Positions 37,289 through 47,182 of a stretch of DNA of 64,000 nucleotides are shown here, piece by piece. The DNA is from Arthrobacter sp. GTDB taxonomy: Bacteria > Actinomycetota > Actinomycetes > Actinomycetales > Micrococcaceae. Position 1 is the first letter of the stretch; every line of letters begins with the position of its first letter. The stretch spans positions 58,600 through 122,599 of the forward strand of contig JAXMJF010000063.1 in NCBI GenBank assembly GCA_034376805.1, in the 5' to 3' direction. The position numbers were made by a program, and so were the translations under genes. The notes under the pieces were generated by a model. It made no database searches, was not told the origin of the DNA, and saw nothing but the letters and a program-made list of their open reading frames with translations.

Positions 37289-38680
37289 ATGCAAGTCGAA
37301 GTTCCCGGGGTTCCGCGCGCCCTGGCAGCGGGCCTCACCCGGTTTCTCCGTGTGTTCGCGCCGCGCCACCCGGCCCAGGTGATCGTGCTGGGCTTCGCCG
37401 CGGCCGTCGCCGTCGGGACCGGGCTGCTGCTGCTTCCGCTGGCCAAAGCGGACGGGGGCGGCGCCAGCCTGCTGGAGGCGCTGTTCACCGCCACCTCCGC
37501 CGTCTGCGTCACCGGCCTGATCACCGTGGACACACCCGTCTTCTGGAGCGGCTTCGGCCAGGTTGTCATCCTGGTCCTCATCCAGATCGGCGGCTTCGGC
37601 GTGATGTCTTTCGGCACGCTGCTCGGGGTCCTGACCGCCCGCCGGCTTGGCCTGAAGTCCCGGATCTCTGCTGCCACCGAGACGAAAAGCACCGGCTTCG
37701 GTGACGTGCGCCGCGTGCTGGTCGGCGTCCTGCTCATCAGTGTGGTCGTGGAAGCGGCGCTGGCGCTGATCCTCACGGTCCGCTTCACGGCCGGGTACGG
37801 CTACCCGCTGGGCGAAGCGGTCTGGCATGGCGTGTTCCACTCCATCTCGTCCTTTAACAACGCCGGCTTCGCCCTGTATTCGGACAACCTGATGGGGTTC
37901 GTGGGGGACCCCTGGATCTGCCTGCCGATCGCCGCCGCGGTGATTATCGGCGGACTCGGATTCCCGGTCCTCTTCGAACTGGGCCGGCAGTACCGGCGTC
38001 CGATCCACTGGAGCATGAACACGAAACTGGTCATCGTCGGCTCGGGCATCCTGCTGGCCGGCGGGACCGTGTTCCTCACGGCCGTCGAGTGGGCCAACCC
38101 GGCAACACTGGGCGGCCTCCATCCTGCCGAGCGCATGCTGGCCGGCTTTTTCCAGTCTGTCATTACCCGCACCGCAGGGTTCAACAGCATCGACATTGCC
38201 CAGATGAATCCCGTGTCCTGGCTGGGCATGGACATCATGATGTTCATCGGCGGCGGCCCGGCCGGGACGGCCGGCGGCCTGAAGATCACGACGTTCGCCG
38301 TGCTGTTCTTCATCCTCAGCACCGAGCTGCAGGGCGGAACGGCCGTGAACATCTTCGGCAAGCGACTGTCCCGCGCGGTGCACCGCCAGGCGATTACCGT
38401 GGTGCTGCTGGCGATTGCCCTTGTCACCGGCGCCACGATGTTCCTGATGCTGATCACCGACTTCGGCCAGGAACGGATCCTGTTCGAGGTGATTTCGGCC
38501 TTCGCCACGGTCGGGCTGTCCACCGGCATCACCGCCGGCATGCCGCCCGCCGGTCAGCTCGTGCTGATCCTGCTCATGTTTGTTGGGAGGCTGGGTCCGG
38601 TCACGCTGGGCGCAGCCCTGGCGCTGCGCGAACGACCCCTGCTCTACGAATACCCCAAGGAAAGGCCCCTCATTGGCTAG
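37289..38680 (+). CDS. TrkH/KtrB-family K+ transporter membrane subunit
   Basis: Repeated pore-loop motifs (TATSAVCVTGL, NNAGF, TRTAGFN, TVGLSTG); GTG 37280 is an alternative start. Confidence 0.85.
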   Translation: MQVEVPGVPRALAAGLTRFLRVFAPRHPAQVIVLGFAAAVAVGTGLLLLPLAKADGGGASLLEALFTATSAVCVTGLITVDTPVFWSGFGQVVILVLIQIGGFGVMSFGTLLGVLTARRLGLKSRISAATETKSTGFGDVRRVLVGVLLISVVVEAALALILTVRFTAGYGYPLGEAVWHGVFHSISSFNNAGFALYSDNLMGFVGDPWICLPIAAAVIIGGLGFPVLFELGRQYRRPIHWSMNTKLVIVGSGILLAGGTVFLTAVEWANPATLGGLHPAERMLAGFFQSVITRTAGFNSIDIAQMNPVSWLGMDIMMFIGGGPAGTAGGLKITTFAVLFFILSTELQGGTAVNIFGKRLSRAVHRQAITVVLLAIALVTGATMFLMLITDFGQERILFEVISAFATVGLSTGITAGMPPAGQLVLILLMFVGRLGPVTLGAALALRERPLLYEYPKERPLIG

Positions 38681-39368
38681 GAACATCTTCTCGTCCCACT
38701 CCGCTGCGGCCAGTGACAAGGCATCCTCGGTGGTGGTCATCGGCCTGGGCCGCTTCGGCGGCTCGCTGGCCCTGGAACTGGAGGCGCAGGGTACCGAGGT
38801 GCTCGGCATCGACGCCAGCGAAGAAATCGTCCAGTCCTACAACGGGCGCCTCACCCACGTGGTCAGGGCCGACTCCACGAAGGAAGAGGCGCTGCGCCAG
38901 CTCTCGGTCCATGAATTTGACCGGGCGGTGGTCGGCATCGGCTCGGACATCGAAGCCAGCATCCTGACCACATCGCGGATCCTGAAATTCCAGCGCCCCC
39001 AGATCTGGGCGAAAGCCATCAGCGAACCGCACGCCGAGATCCTGGGCCAGCTCGGCGTCGAGCACGTCATCCGGCCCGAACACGACATGGGCAAGCGCGT
39101 CGCGCACCTGGTCCTGGGCTCGATTCTTGATTACGTGGAATTCGAGGACGACTTCGTCATGATCCGCACCAGCCCGCCCTCGGCCGTCCGCGACCGTCCG
39201 CTGGGCGTCCTGGGACTCCGGGACAAATTCGGAGTCACCATCGTGGCCGTCAAGCGTCCCGGCGGCACCTGGGGCCACACGACGGCGCAAACCGTGCTCT
39301 ACGACGACGACCAGATCATCGTCCAGGGCAGCAAAACCAAGGCCGAACGGTTCAGCACCATGCCGTGA
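38673..39368 (+). CDS. TrkA/KtrA-family K+ uptake regulatory subunit (RCK N + C)
   Basis: TTG start after AAGGAAAGG, 8-nt overlap with trkH stop; Rossmann VVVIGLGRFGG. Confidence 0.8.
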   Translation: MARNIFSSHSAAASDKASSVVVIGLGRFGGSLALELEAQGTEVLGIDASEEIVQSYNGRLTHVVRADSTKEEALRQLSVHEFDRAVVGIGSDIEASILTTSRILKFQRPQIWAKAISEPHAEILGQLGVEHVIRPEHDMGKRVAHLVLGSILDYVEFEDDFVMIRTSPPSAVRDRPLGVLGLRDKFGVTIVAVKRPGGTWGHTTAQTVLYDDDQIIVQGSKTKAERFSTMP

Positions 39369-39446
39369 CCGACTAGACTGGGGTGCAGGTGCGCCGGGAA
39401 GTCTGGTCGGCATAGTTCTGTCGACCCAACTTTTAGGACTCCCCGC

Positions 39447-40796
39447 ATGAGCCCCACACCCCCTCCCACCCGGCCGCGTTTGACCATCTTCGGCCGCGGC
39501 AGCTACGCCGAATCCCTCCGGATCGGCGAGATCCTCCGCAAGGAAACCGTCGGCGGCGCCCTCCTAGTGGCCGCCGCCGTGATCGCCCTGATCTGGGCCA
39601 ACTCGCCGGTTTCCGAGAGCTACTTCGCGCTGCGGGACTTTAAGTTCGGCTACGAACCGTGGCACCTCGAATTGAGCTTGGGTGCCTGGGCGGCCGACGG
39701 GCTGCTCGCAATTTTCTTCTTCCTGGTCGGACTCGAACTCAAACGCGAGTTCATCGCCGGTGACCTGCGGCAGCTGAACAAATCGATTGTTCCGGTCGCT
39801 GCGGCCGCCGGCGGCGTCGCCATTCCGGCGCTGATTTACATCGTCGTCAACATGGCAAGCCCGGAGGCCCTGCGCGGCTGGGCGATCCCCACCGCCACCG
39901 ACATTGCCTTCGCTGTCGCCGTGCTGGCCATCATCGGCTCGCATTTGCCCAGCGCCCTGCGGATCTTCCTGCTGACCCTGGCCGTTGTGGACGACCTGAT
40001 CGCCATCACCATCATCGCTATCTTCTACACCAGTGACCTCCAGCTGACGCCGCTGCTGCTGGCCCTGATTCCCCTGGCCCTTTACGCCTTCCTGGCGCAT
40101 AAATACCGGCGTTTCTTTGGGATGAAGGCCGCGGCCGCATGGCTGATTCTGCTGCCCATCGGTGCGGTTGCCTGGGCCCTGGTGCATGCCTCGGGGATCC
40201 ATGCCACCGTCGCGGGTGTACTGCTCGGCTTTGCCGTTCCGGTCCTGCGCTCCCAGGCCAGTGGCGGCCCGGAAGCCGGTCCGGGACTCGCGGAAATCTT
40301 CGAGCACCGGTTCCGCCCGATCTCGGCCGGCGTCGCCGTCCCGATCTTTGCGTTCTTCTCCGCGGGTGTGGCCGTGGGCGGCTGGGACGGGCTGGTTTCG
40401 GCGCTGACCGACCCGGTGGCCGTCGGCATCATCATGGCGCTGGTCCTTGGCAAGCCAATCGGCATCATGGGCACCACCTGGCTGCTCACCAAGGTCACAA
40501 AGGCCCGCCTGGACACCAGTTTCAAGTGGATTGATGTCTTCGGAGTGTCCCTGCTGGCCGGCATCGGCTTCACCGTCTCGCTCCTGGTGGCCGAGCTGAG
40601 CTTCGGCCAGGGCAGTATCCACGACGACCACGCCAAGGTGGGCATTCTTGCGGCCTCCGTGCTGGCCGCCCTGCTGGCCACGCTGGTGCTGCGTACCCGG
40701 AACCGGCAGTATCGGGAGGTACAAGAGGCGGAGAAGGTCGACGCGGACATGGACGGGATTCCCGACGTCTACCAGCAGGACGACCCCGCCCGGTAG
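39447..40796 (+). CDS. nhaA: Na+/H+ antiporter NhaA
   Basis: [27 protein letters not shown] motifs. Confidence 0.9.
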   Translation: MSPTPPPTRPRLTIFGRGSYAESLRIGEILRKETVGGALLVAAAVIALIWANSPVSESYFALRDFKFGYEPWHLELSLGAWAADGLLAIFFFLVGLELKREFIAGDLRQLNKSIVPVAAAAGGVAIPALIYIVVNMASPEALRGWAIPTATDIAFAVAVLAIIGSHLPSALRIFLLTLAVVDDLIAITIIAIFYTSDLQLTPLLLALIPLALYAFLAHKYRRFFGMKAAAAWLILLPIGAVAWALVHASGIHATVAGVLLGFAVPVLRSQASGGPEAGPGLAEIFEHRFRPISAGVAVPIFAFFSAGVAVGGWDGLVSALTDPVAVGIIMALVLGKPIGIMGTTWLLTKVTKARLDTSFKWIDVFGVSLLAGIGFTVSLLVAELSFGQGSIHDDHAKVGILAASVLAALLATLVLRTRNRQYREVQEAEKVDADMDGIPDVYQQDDPAR

Positions 40797-40943
40797 CCCC
40801 GGCGGGTAGCCCCGCCCGGGCGGCGCCGTTCTCCCGGCAGGATCAGGGGTTGCGTTCATACCCCTGGGGGTTTGATCATGGAGTGTGCGCAGCCGGCGGC
40901 CTCGCGGCCGGTCATGTCGATCCAGACCAGCCAGGAGTGAATC

Positions 40944-42317
40944 ATGGACGTCATTGTCATTGAGACCACCCAACTCGGGGACCGCAGCTACCTCGTCCAT
41001 GACGGCTCCGTGGCGCTGGTCATTGACCCGCAGCGGGACACGGACCGCGTTGAAGCGGCCGCCCGCGACGCCGGCGTCACCATTACCCACGTCGCCGAAA
41101 CCCACATCCACAACGACTACCTCACCGGCGGGCTCGAACTCGCCCGCGCACACGGCGCGAGCTACCTCGTGAACGCCGCCGACCCGGTGAAATTCGAGCG
41201 GCAGCCGATCACGGACGGACAGGCCGTCCGGGTCGGTGCGCTGACGGTCAAGGCCGTCGCCACCCCTGGCCACACCCACACCCACCTGTCCTTCATCGTG
41301 GACGACGGCGGGCAGCAGGCCGTCTTCTCCGGCGGAAGCCTGCTCTACGGCTCGGTCGGCCGCACGGACCTTGTCGGCGCCGAGGACACACTCGGCCTGA
41401 CGCATGACCAGTACACCTCGGTGCACCGGCTCGTCGACGAGGCCGCGCCCGACGCCGCCCTGTTCCCGACCCACGGGTTCGGTTCCTTCTGCTCCTCCGG
41501 CCCGGCCAGCGGCGCCGGTTCCTCCACCATCCGCGAACAGCTCACCAGCAACCATGCCCTGACGGACCCGGACGAGGACCACTTCGTCCAGGAACTCATC
41601 GCGAACCTCACCGCCTATCCCTCCTACTACGCGCACATGGGGGTCACCAACACCGCCGGCCCCGGCCCCGCGGACCTGACCGTGCCGGAGTCCCTCGACG
41701 CTGCCGAGATCATGCGCCGGCTGGAGGACGGCGAGTGGGTCGTGGACCTGCGCCGCCGCGTGGCCTTCGCCAGCAACCACCTGCTGGGCAGCGTGAGCTT
41801 CGAATACGGCACCAGCTTCAGCACCTACCTGGGCTGGATCCTGCCCTGGGGCGAGCAGCTGACCCTCGTGGGATCCCGCGACGACGTCGAAAAGGCCATC
41901 CGCGACCTTTCCCGGATCGGCATCGACTCCCCGGACGCCGCCCTCGGAACGGACCCGCACACCCTGGCGCCCCGCGCCGCCCTTGCCTCCTACCCCCGCG
42001 TGGGCTGGGACGCTGTGCTCGCCGGCAAGGCTTCCGGAGACACCATCGTCGACGTGCGGCGGGCCGACGAATACGCCGCCTCGCGGGTGGCCGGAGCGGT
42101 CAACGTCCCGCTGCATGAACTGCTGCGGCGGCTCGATTCCGTGCCCGCCGGAAAACTGTGGGTGCACTGCACCACCGGCTACCGGGCAGGCACCGCGGCG
42201 AGCCTGCTGCAGCGCGCCGGCAGGGATGTGGTCCACATCGACGCGAAATTCGACGACGCCGGCCCCGCCGGAATCCCGGTGGACACCGCCCGGAACTCCT
42301 CGGCCTCCCCGGCCTGA
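40944..42317 (+). CDS. MBL-fold hydrolase (persulfide-dioxygenase-like) fused to rhodanese domain
   Basis: HIHNDY metal motif, TPGHTHTH; C-terminal rhodanese loop HCTTGYRAG. Confidence 0.8.
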   Translation: MDVIVIETTQLGDRSYLVHDGSVALVIDPQRDTDRVEAAARDAGVTITHVAETHIHNDYLTGGLELARAHGASYLVNAADPVKFERQPITDGQAVRVGALTVKAVATPGHTHTHLSFIVDDGGQQAVFSGGSLLYGSVGRTDLVGAEDTLGLTHDQYTSVHRLVDEAAPDAALFPTHGFGSFCSSGPASGAGSSTIREQLTSNHALTDPDEDHFVQELIANLTAYPSYYAHMGVTNTAGPGPADLTVPESLDAAEIMRRLEDGEWVVDLRRRVAFASNHLLGSVSFEYGTSFSTYLGWILPWGEQLTLVGSRDDVEKAIRDLSRIGIDSPDAALGTDPHTLAPRAALASYPRVGWDAVLAGKASGDTIVDVRRADEYAASRVAGAVNVPLHELLRRLDSVPAGKLWVHCTTGYRAGTAASLLQRAGRDVVHIDAKFDDAGPAGIPVDTARNSSASPA

Positions 42318-42373
42318 ACGAAACACCCGCGCAGCGAAACACTGGGGCGCCGGCCCGCGTTCTCTGGCAGAGT

Positions 42374-43384
42374 ATGAGCATGCTCACAGTAATTGGCGAG
42401 GGCCTGGTCGATGTCGTCCAGCGTTCCTCCGGTATCCAGGCCCATGTCGGCGGCAGCCCCCTCAACGTCGCCGTGGGGCTGGCCCGGCTGGACCATCCGG
42501 TGCAGTTCATTGGCCGCTACGGCCGCGACGCCTACGGCGAATCGGTGGCCGCCCACCTGAAATCCAGTTCGGTGCTGCTCCCGCTGGCCCCGGACGAGCT
42601 CCCCACCTCCGTGGCCACCGCCCTGATCGACGACGACGGCGCCGCCAGCTACACCTTCGAGCTCGCCTGGGAACTGCCCGGGCTCGCGGACCGGCTGCCG
42701 TTCATGCTGCAGGCCACGACGCTCCTGCACACCGGCTCGATCGCCACCATGCTGGCGCCCGGGGCCGCGGAGGTACTTGGCGCCGTCGAGCATGCCCATC
42801 CCTCAGCGACCATCAGTTACGACCCCAACTGCCGGCCCAGCATCATCACCGACGTGGACTACGCACGCCGGCAGGCGGAGAAGTTCGTCACCCTGGCTGA
42901 CGTGGTCAAGGCCTCGGACGAGGACCTCGAATGGCTCTACCCCGGCGAGGATCCACTGGACTCCGCCCGGCGCTGGCTAAAACTCGGCGGCTCGGAAGGC
43001 CCCGCCATGGTGGTGGTCACCCGCGGCGCCGAAGGGCCCTGGGGCGTCAATGCCGCCGGCGAGACGCACTTCCCTGCGCCGTCCGTCCAGGTCGCGGACA
43101 CCGTAGGCGCCGGAGACTCCTTCATGGCAGCGCTGCTCTCCGGCGTGGTGGACCTGGGCCTGGCCGGGGCGCAGAACCGCAAGGACCTGCGTGAGCTCTC
43201 CGCCGAGAGCCTCCGGGATCTCCTCGCCCATGCCGCGCGGGCAGCCGCCGTCACCGTGTCCCGGGCCGGCGCCAACCCGCCCACCCGGGCGGAACTGACC
43301 CGGATGGAGCTGCGCGGACAGGCTCCCCACGCCACGGACACCGCACGCAGCGACCCTGAAAGTGCAGAACTCCCCAGCAACTGA
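42374..43384 (+). CDS. PfkB-family carbohydrate kinase (fructokinase-like)
   Basis: GGSPLNVAVGLARLG-like N-terminus, DTVGAGDSF motif. Confidence 0.8.
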   Translation: MSMLTVIGEGLVDVVQRSSGIQAHVGGSPLNVAVGLARLDHPVQFIGRYGRDAYGESVAAHLKSSSVLLPLAPDELPTSVATALIDDDGAASYTFELAWELPGLADRLPFMLQATTLLHTGSIATMLAPGAAEVLGAVEHAHPSATISYDPNCRPSIITDVDYARRQAEKFVTLADVVKASDEDLEWLYPGEDPLDSARRWLKLGGSEGPAMVVVTRGAEGPWGVNAAGETHFPAPSVQVADTVGAGDSFMAALLSGVVDLGLAGAQNRKDLRELSAESLRDLLAHAARAAAVTVSRAGANPPTRAELTRMELRGQAPHATDTARSDPESAELPSN

Positions 43385-43393
43385 AAGGCAGCC

Positions 43394-43906
43394 ATGGCAC
43401 ACCACGATGCCCCGTCCTTCCGCCTCAGCAGTGAGTCATTCCAGGACGGCCAGACCCTGCCGCCGGCCCAGCGCGGAGCCTCGACCGGGGCGGGGGCCAA
43501 GGACGAGTCCCCGCAGCTGAGCTGGAGCGGTGCCCCGGCCGGGACCCGGGGCTACGCCGTCACCGTGTTCGACCCCGACGCCCCCGGCCGCGGCGGCTTC
43601 TGGCACTGGGCGGTGCTGGACCTCCCGGCGGACGTCACGTCCCTGCCGGCCGGGGCGGGATCGCGCCAGGCCGGGCACCTGCCGCCGGGCGCCTTCCAGC
43701 TCAAGAACGACGGCGGCACCACCGGCTATCTGGGCGCGGCCCCGCCCAAAGGCCACGGCCCGCACCGTTACGTCGTCACGGTCCACGCCCTCGACGTCGC
43801 GCACTCCGGGCTCGATGCCGGAGCCCGCCCCGCGAAGCTCGAAGCGCATCTGGCCCCGCATACTCTGGCCACGGCGAGCCTGACCGGCATCTACGAACGG
43901 CACTAG
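43394..43906 (+). CDS. YbhB/YbcL-family PEBP (Raf-kinase-inhibitor-like) protein
   Basis: DPDAP ... HW ... GHGPHRY signature. Confidence 0.8.
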   Translation: MAHHDAPSFRLSSESFQDGQTLPPAQRGASTGAGAKDESPQLSWSGAPAGTRGYAVTVFDPDAPGRGGFWHWAVLDLPADVTSLPAGAGSRQAGHLPPGAFQLKNDGGTTGYLGAAPPKGHGPHRYVVTVHALDVAHSGLDAGARPAKLEAHLAPHTLATASLTGIYERH

Positions 43907-43931
43907 CCCCGGCCACCCAGCCGCCGGCCGC

Positions 43932-44000
43932 CGAATTCGCCGGAAGCCTGCCCGGTCGCCGTTGCGTTACGGCGACTCGGGCACGGTTCCGGCGAATTCG
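43932..44000. terminator. 69-nt imperfect hairpin carrying two GAATTC sites
   Basis: Outer 14-bp perfect stem (CGAATTCGCCGGAA / TTCCGGCGAATTCG), inner 8-bp stem GTCGCCGT/ACGGCGAC, ~30 bp paired in total; between same-strand genes. Confidence 0.4.
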
Positions 44001-44041
44001 ACGTCGGAGCCACCCCGGCAGCGCCAACGTAGACTGGCAGT

Positions 44042-44860
44042 ATGCGGCTGGTAGCGAGTGACATTGACGGAACGATCCTCGGCCACGACGGCAAAATCAG
44101 TGACCGAACCGTCCGGGCGTTCCACGCGTGCCGGGAAGCCGGCGTCGAGCTGGTCTTCGTCACGGGCCGCCCGCCGCGCTGGCTGCACCCGCTGCAGGAC
44201 CGGCTGGGCCACACCGGAACCGTCATTTGCTCCAACGGCGCCGTCGTCTGGGACCTTGAGGCTGACCGCCTCGTTTCGGCCCGGGGCCTGCAACTCGACG
44301 CCGTCTTCGAGGCCCGCCGCATCATCCAGCGGCTGCGCCCCTCCGCCGTCTTCGCCGCCGAGACCCTGACCGGCTTCCACCTGGAACCGGGATTCATCGA
44401 GAACGGCTCCAGCGAGCTGTTGGCCGAGGTCACCCCGGCACCGCTGCACACTACCCTGAGCGCTGAGGACTCCGTGGTGAAGTTCCTCGCCATTGTCCGG
44501 GAGGGCACGGCCGACGAGTTCCTCGCCGAGGTCACGCCCGCCGTCGCGCATCTGGCCGCGGCGACCCACTCGGCGCCGAACATCGCGCTCCTGGAACTAT
44601 CCCTGCCCGGCGTCAACAAGGCCGTCACGCTCGCCGAATACGCTGCCGCCCTGGGCATCAACTCGGCCGAGGTCGTGGCGTTCGGGGACATGCCCAACGA
44701 CATCGAGATGCTGCGCTGGGCCGGCGACGGCTACGCGATGGCCAGCGGCCACCCGGAGGCCATCCTCGCCGCCGGGCAGCAGGCCCCGCACTTCGACGAC
44801 GACGGCGTCGCCCAGATCCTCGAGGCCAAGCTCGCAGCCCTCGGTGTCCGGCTGCCCTGA
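44042..44860 (+). CDS. Cof-type HAD-IIB phosphatase
   Basis: DIDGTIL motif I, VTGR, GDMPND motif. Confidence 0.85.
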   Translation: MRLVASDIDGTILGHDGKISDRTVRAFHACREAGVELVFVTGRPPRWLHPLQDRLGHTGTVICSNGAVVWDLEADRLVSARGLQLDAVFEARRIIQRLRPSAVFAAETLTGFHLEPGFIENGSSELLAEVTPAPLHTTLSAEDSVVKFLAIVREGTADEFLAEVTPAVAHLAAATHSAPNIALLELSLPGVNKAVTLAEYAAALGINSAEVVAFGDMPNDIEMLRWAGDGYAMASGHPEAILAAGQQAPHFDDDGVAQILEAKLAALGVRLP

Positions 44861-45027
44861 CCCGGGTTCCCTGACGCCGCGCCGCGCTGCCGCCATCCCG
44901 GGTCGCCACGGCCCGCACGAGCCAGCCCGCACGGACACCGGACTCCCAGCTGGCGGTCAACTGGCGTTCACCTTGGCGTCCTACGCTGGGATCTCACGAC
45001 GGAGCAGCTGACTGACGGTGGGAAATC

Positions 45028-45276
45028 ATGGCCAAGTACCGCACGAAGAACACGGACGACACGCCCCTGCGCCCGGCGGCGCCGGACGCGCGCTGGAAGA
45101 GTTTGCAGCAGGGCGACCGCGTCAGTGTCCGGCTGGCGCCCGGCTACGAAACCGGAGGCAGGGTGGATGCCGTCACGGCGGACCACACCGCCGTCTGGGT
45201 GGACCTCGACGGCGGCCGGGGCCGCACGCTCCTGCACTGCAGCGACGGCGTGGAGATCTTTCCGTCCGCCAGCTGA
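45028..45276 (+). CDS. Hypothetical 82-aa protein
   Basis: High third-position GC in this frame; GGTGGGA 5 nt upstream of ATG; no motif recognised. Confidence 0.5.
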   Translation: MAKYRTKNTDDTPLRPAAPDARWKSLQQGDRVSVRLAPGYETGGRVDAVTADHTAVWVDLDGGRGRTLLHCSDGVEIFPSAS

Positions 45277-45364
45277 TCAGGCGCGCCGGCTGATCCAGGC
45301 CTGCCGGCCGGACTGGGCGAAGCGTGCCGTACCGTGCACCGCGGCGCTCCGCTAGGCTTCAGGA

Positions 45365-46189
45365 GTGGACACCCCGCATCCTTTTTTTGACTCCGGTTCT
45401 GCCTCCGGCCCTGCCGCCGGTGACGGTCCGGAACGTCCCGTGGCCATGGCCCACCGCGGCTTCTCCCGGGACGGCCTGGAGAACTCCATGGCGGCGTTCC
45501 GTGCCGCCGTCGAACTGGGTTTCCGGCATCTGGAGACGGATGTGCACACCACGGCCGACGGCGTCCTGCTGCTGTTCCACGACGAAACCCTGGACCGGGT
45601 CACGGACGGCCGCGGCCGGATCTCGGAACTCCCGGCGGAGACCGTGGCGCTGGCGAGGATCGGCGGCGCGGAGCCCATCCCGCTCTTTGAGGAACTCGCC
45701 ACGGCCTTCCCGGACGTCCGGTTCAACCTCGACGTCAAGGACTGGAACTCGGTGGACGCCCTGGCCGCGGCGATCGAACGGTTCGGCCTGCATGACCGGG
45801 TACTGATCGCCAGCTTCTCGGACCGCCGGCGCCGGGCCGTGCTCAAGCAGCTGAGCCGCCCCGCAGCGAGTTCGGCCGGCATCGTGTCCAACGCCCTGTT
45901 CGTCCTGCTCGGACCGGTGCTCCCGGCACCCCTGCTGCGTCTTACGGCCGGACGTGCGCTCCGCGGCGTCGACGCCCTGCAGGTACCCGTCAGCTACGGT
46001 GCCGTGACCGTGGTGACCCCCGGCTTCGTCCGGCGCGCCCACCGGCACGGGCTGCAGGTGCATGTCTGGACTGTCAACGATCCCGCGGAGATGCACCGGC
46101 TGCTGGACCTTGGAGTGGACGGGATCGTCACCGACCGCGCGGACCTGCTCAAGGAAGTCCTGCAGGAACGCGGCGGCTGGAGCGGCTGA
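45365..46189 (+). CDS. Glycerophosphodiester phosphodiesterase
   Basis: AHRGFS, HLETDVH, HVWTVND motifs; GTG start. Confidence 0.85.
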   Translation: MDTPHPFFDSGSASGPAAGDGPERPVAMAHRGFSRDGLENSMAAFRAAVELGFRHLETDVHTTADGVLLLFHDETLDRVTDGRGRISELPAETVALARIGGAEPIPLFEELATAFPDVRFNLDVKDWNSVDALAAAIERFGLHDRVLIASFSDRRRRAVLKQLSRPAASSAGIVSNALFVLLGPVLPAPLLRLTAGRALRGVDALQVPVSYGAVTVVTPGFVRRAHRHGLQVHVWTVNDPAEMHRLLDLGVDGIVTDRADLLKEVLQERGGWSG

Positions 46190-46204
46190 GCCCGGCTCCG
46201 GGCG

Positions 46205-47182
46205 TCAGGAACCGAGTTCCATCATCAGCGGCGGCAGTTCCTCCGTGAGTTCGCGGGCGAGGTAGCCGAGACTGCCCAGTCGGCTCGCGAGCCGGTCGCC
46301 GGCGGCCGCATGCAGATGGGTGCCCCAGCAGGCGGCCTGCGCGTCCGTGGTTCCCCGCGCCCGCAAACCGGCGATCGTCCCGGACAGTACATCGCCGGAG
46401 CCCGACGTGCCCAGGCCGCTGTGTCCGGTGGTGATTTCCCACAGCGAGGCCCCGGCCCCGCCGGCAGCTTTGCCGCTAGCCTTGCCGGCATCCTTGCCGC
46501 TGGCCCCGCCCGGCCGCGCGATCACTCCCTGGCAGCTCACCACCGCGCCGTACTTCTCCGCGAGCACGGGGACGTCCCGGGCCAGCTGCCCGGCGTCGTG
46601 CCCCAGTAGGATGCCCGCCTCGGTGACATTCGGGGTCAGGATCAGCCGGCCTACCCAGGGGCCCAGCTCCCCGGCCAGCTCGGGCAGGCTGCCCAGGGCG
46701 AAGGCATCGAGGATGATGGCCGGCGGCTGCTTCCCTGCCGGCAGCTTGAGGAGTCCGCGGAGCAGTGCGGTGGCCTCGTCCTTGTCGTCGAGGCCCGGGC
46801 CGATCAGGACGGCGTCCGCAGCTTCGACCGGTGCCGCGAGGACGGCGGCTGCCGAAGAGCCCTTGACGGTGCCCGACGCGGTTTCCGGCAGCCGGAGCAC
46901 ACCTGCCTCCGGCAGCGCAACCGCCAGTTGCACGGCCACGGATTCCGCCACGGCCAGGGTGAGCCGTCCGGCGCCGGAGCGCAGCGCGGCCACCCCGGCC
47001 AGCAGCACGGCGCCCGGGGTCATCCGCGCCCCGCCGATCACCAGTACCGATCCGCGGTCGTCCTTGCCGGAGCCCCCGCCGGGCAGCGGCCAGTCCCGCA
47101 GCAAGGTCGGCGTGACGGGTTCAGGACGGACCGGCTCCCGCCTGGTCCCGGAGGCAGGCTTACCGTGGGTGGACATTGGCAT
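46205..47182 (-). CDS. ADP-dependent NAD(P)H-hydrate dehydratase (YjeF C-terminal type)
   Basis: VLVIGGA, TPN..E, GSGDVLSG motifs. Confidence 0.8.
   Translation of the reverse strand: MPMSTHGKPASGTRREPVRPEPVTPTLLRDWPLPGGGSGKDDRGSVLVIGGARMTPGAVLLAGVAALRSGAGRLTLAVAESVAVQLAVALPEAGVLRLPETASGTVKGSSAAAVLAAPVEAADAVLIGPGLDDKDEATALLRGLLKLPAGKQPPAIILDAFALGSLPELAGELGPWVGRLILTPNVTEAGILLGHDAGQLARDVPVLAEKYGAVVSCQGVIARPGGASGKDAGKASGKAAGGAGASLWEITTGHSGLGTSGSGDVLSGTIAGLRARGTTDAQAACWGTHLHAAAGDRLASRLGSLGYLARELTEELPPLMMELGS

Noticed and set aside
39564-42326. 920-aa ORF on the minus strand (also 60259..62502 +, 51533..53149 +, 46320..47999 +, 12389..14014 -, 4925..6034 - and similar)
   Set aside because: These lie antisense to genes with clear family motifs (NhaA, the MBL fusion, ADH/amidase, the NCS2 permease and others). 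Their translations are Arg/Gly/Pro/Ala-rich with no motifs. Long open antisense frames are expected at this GC content.
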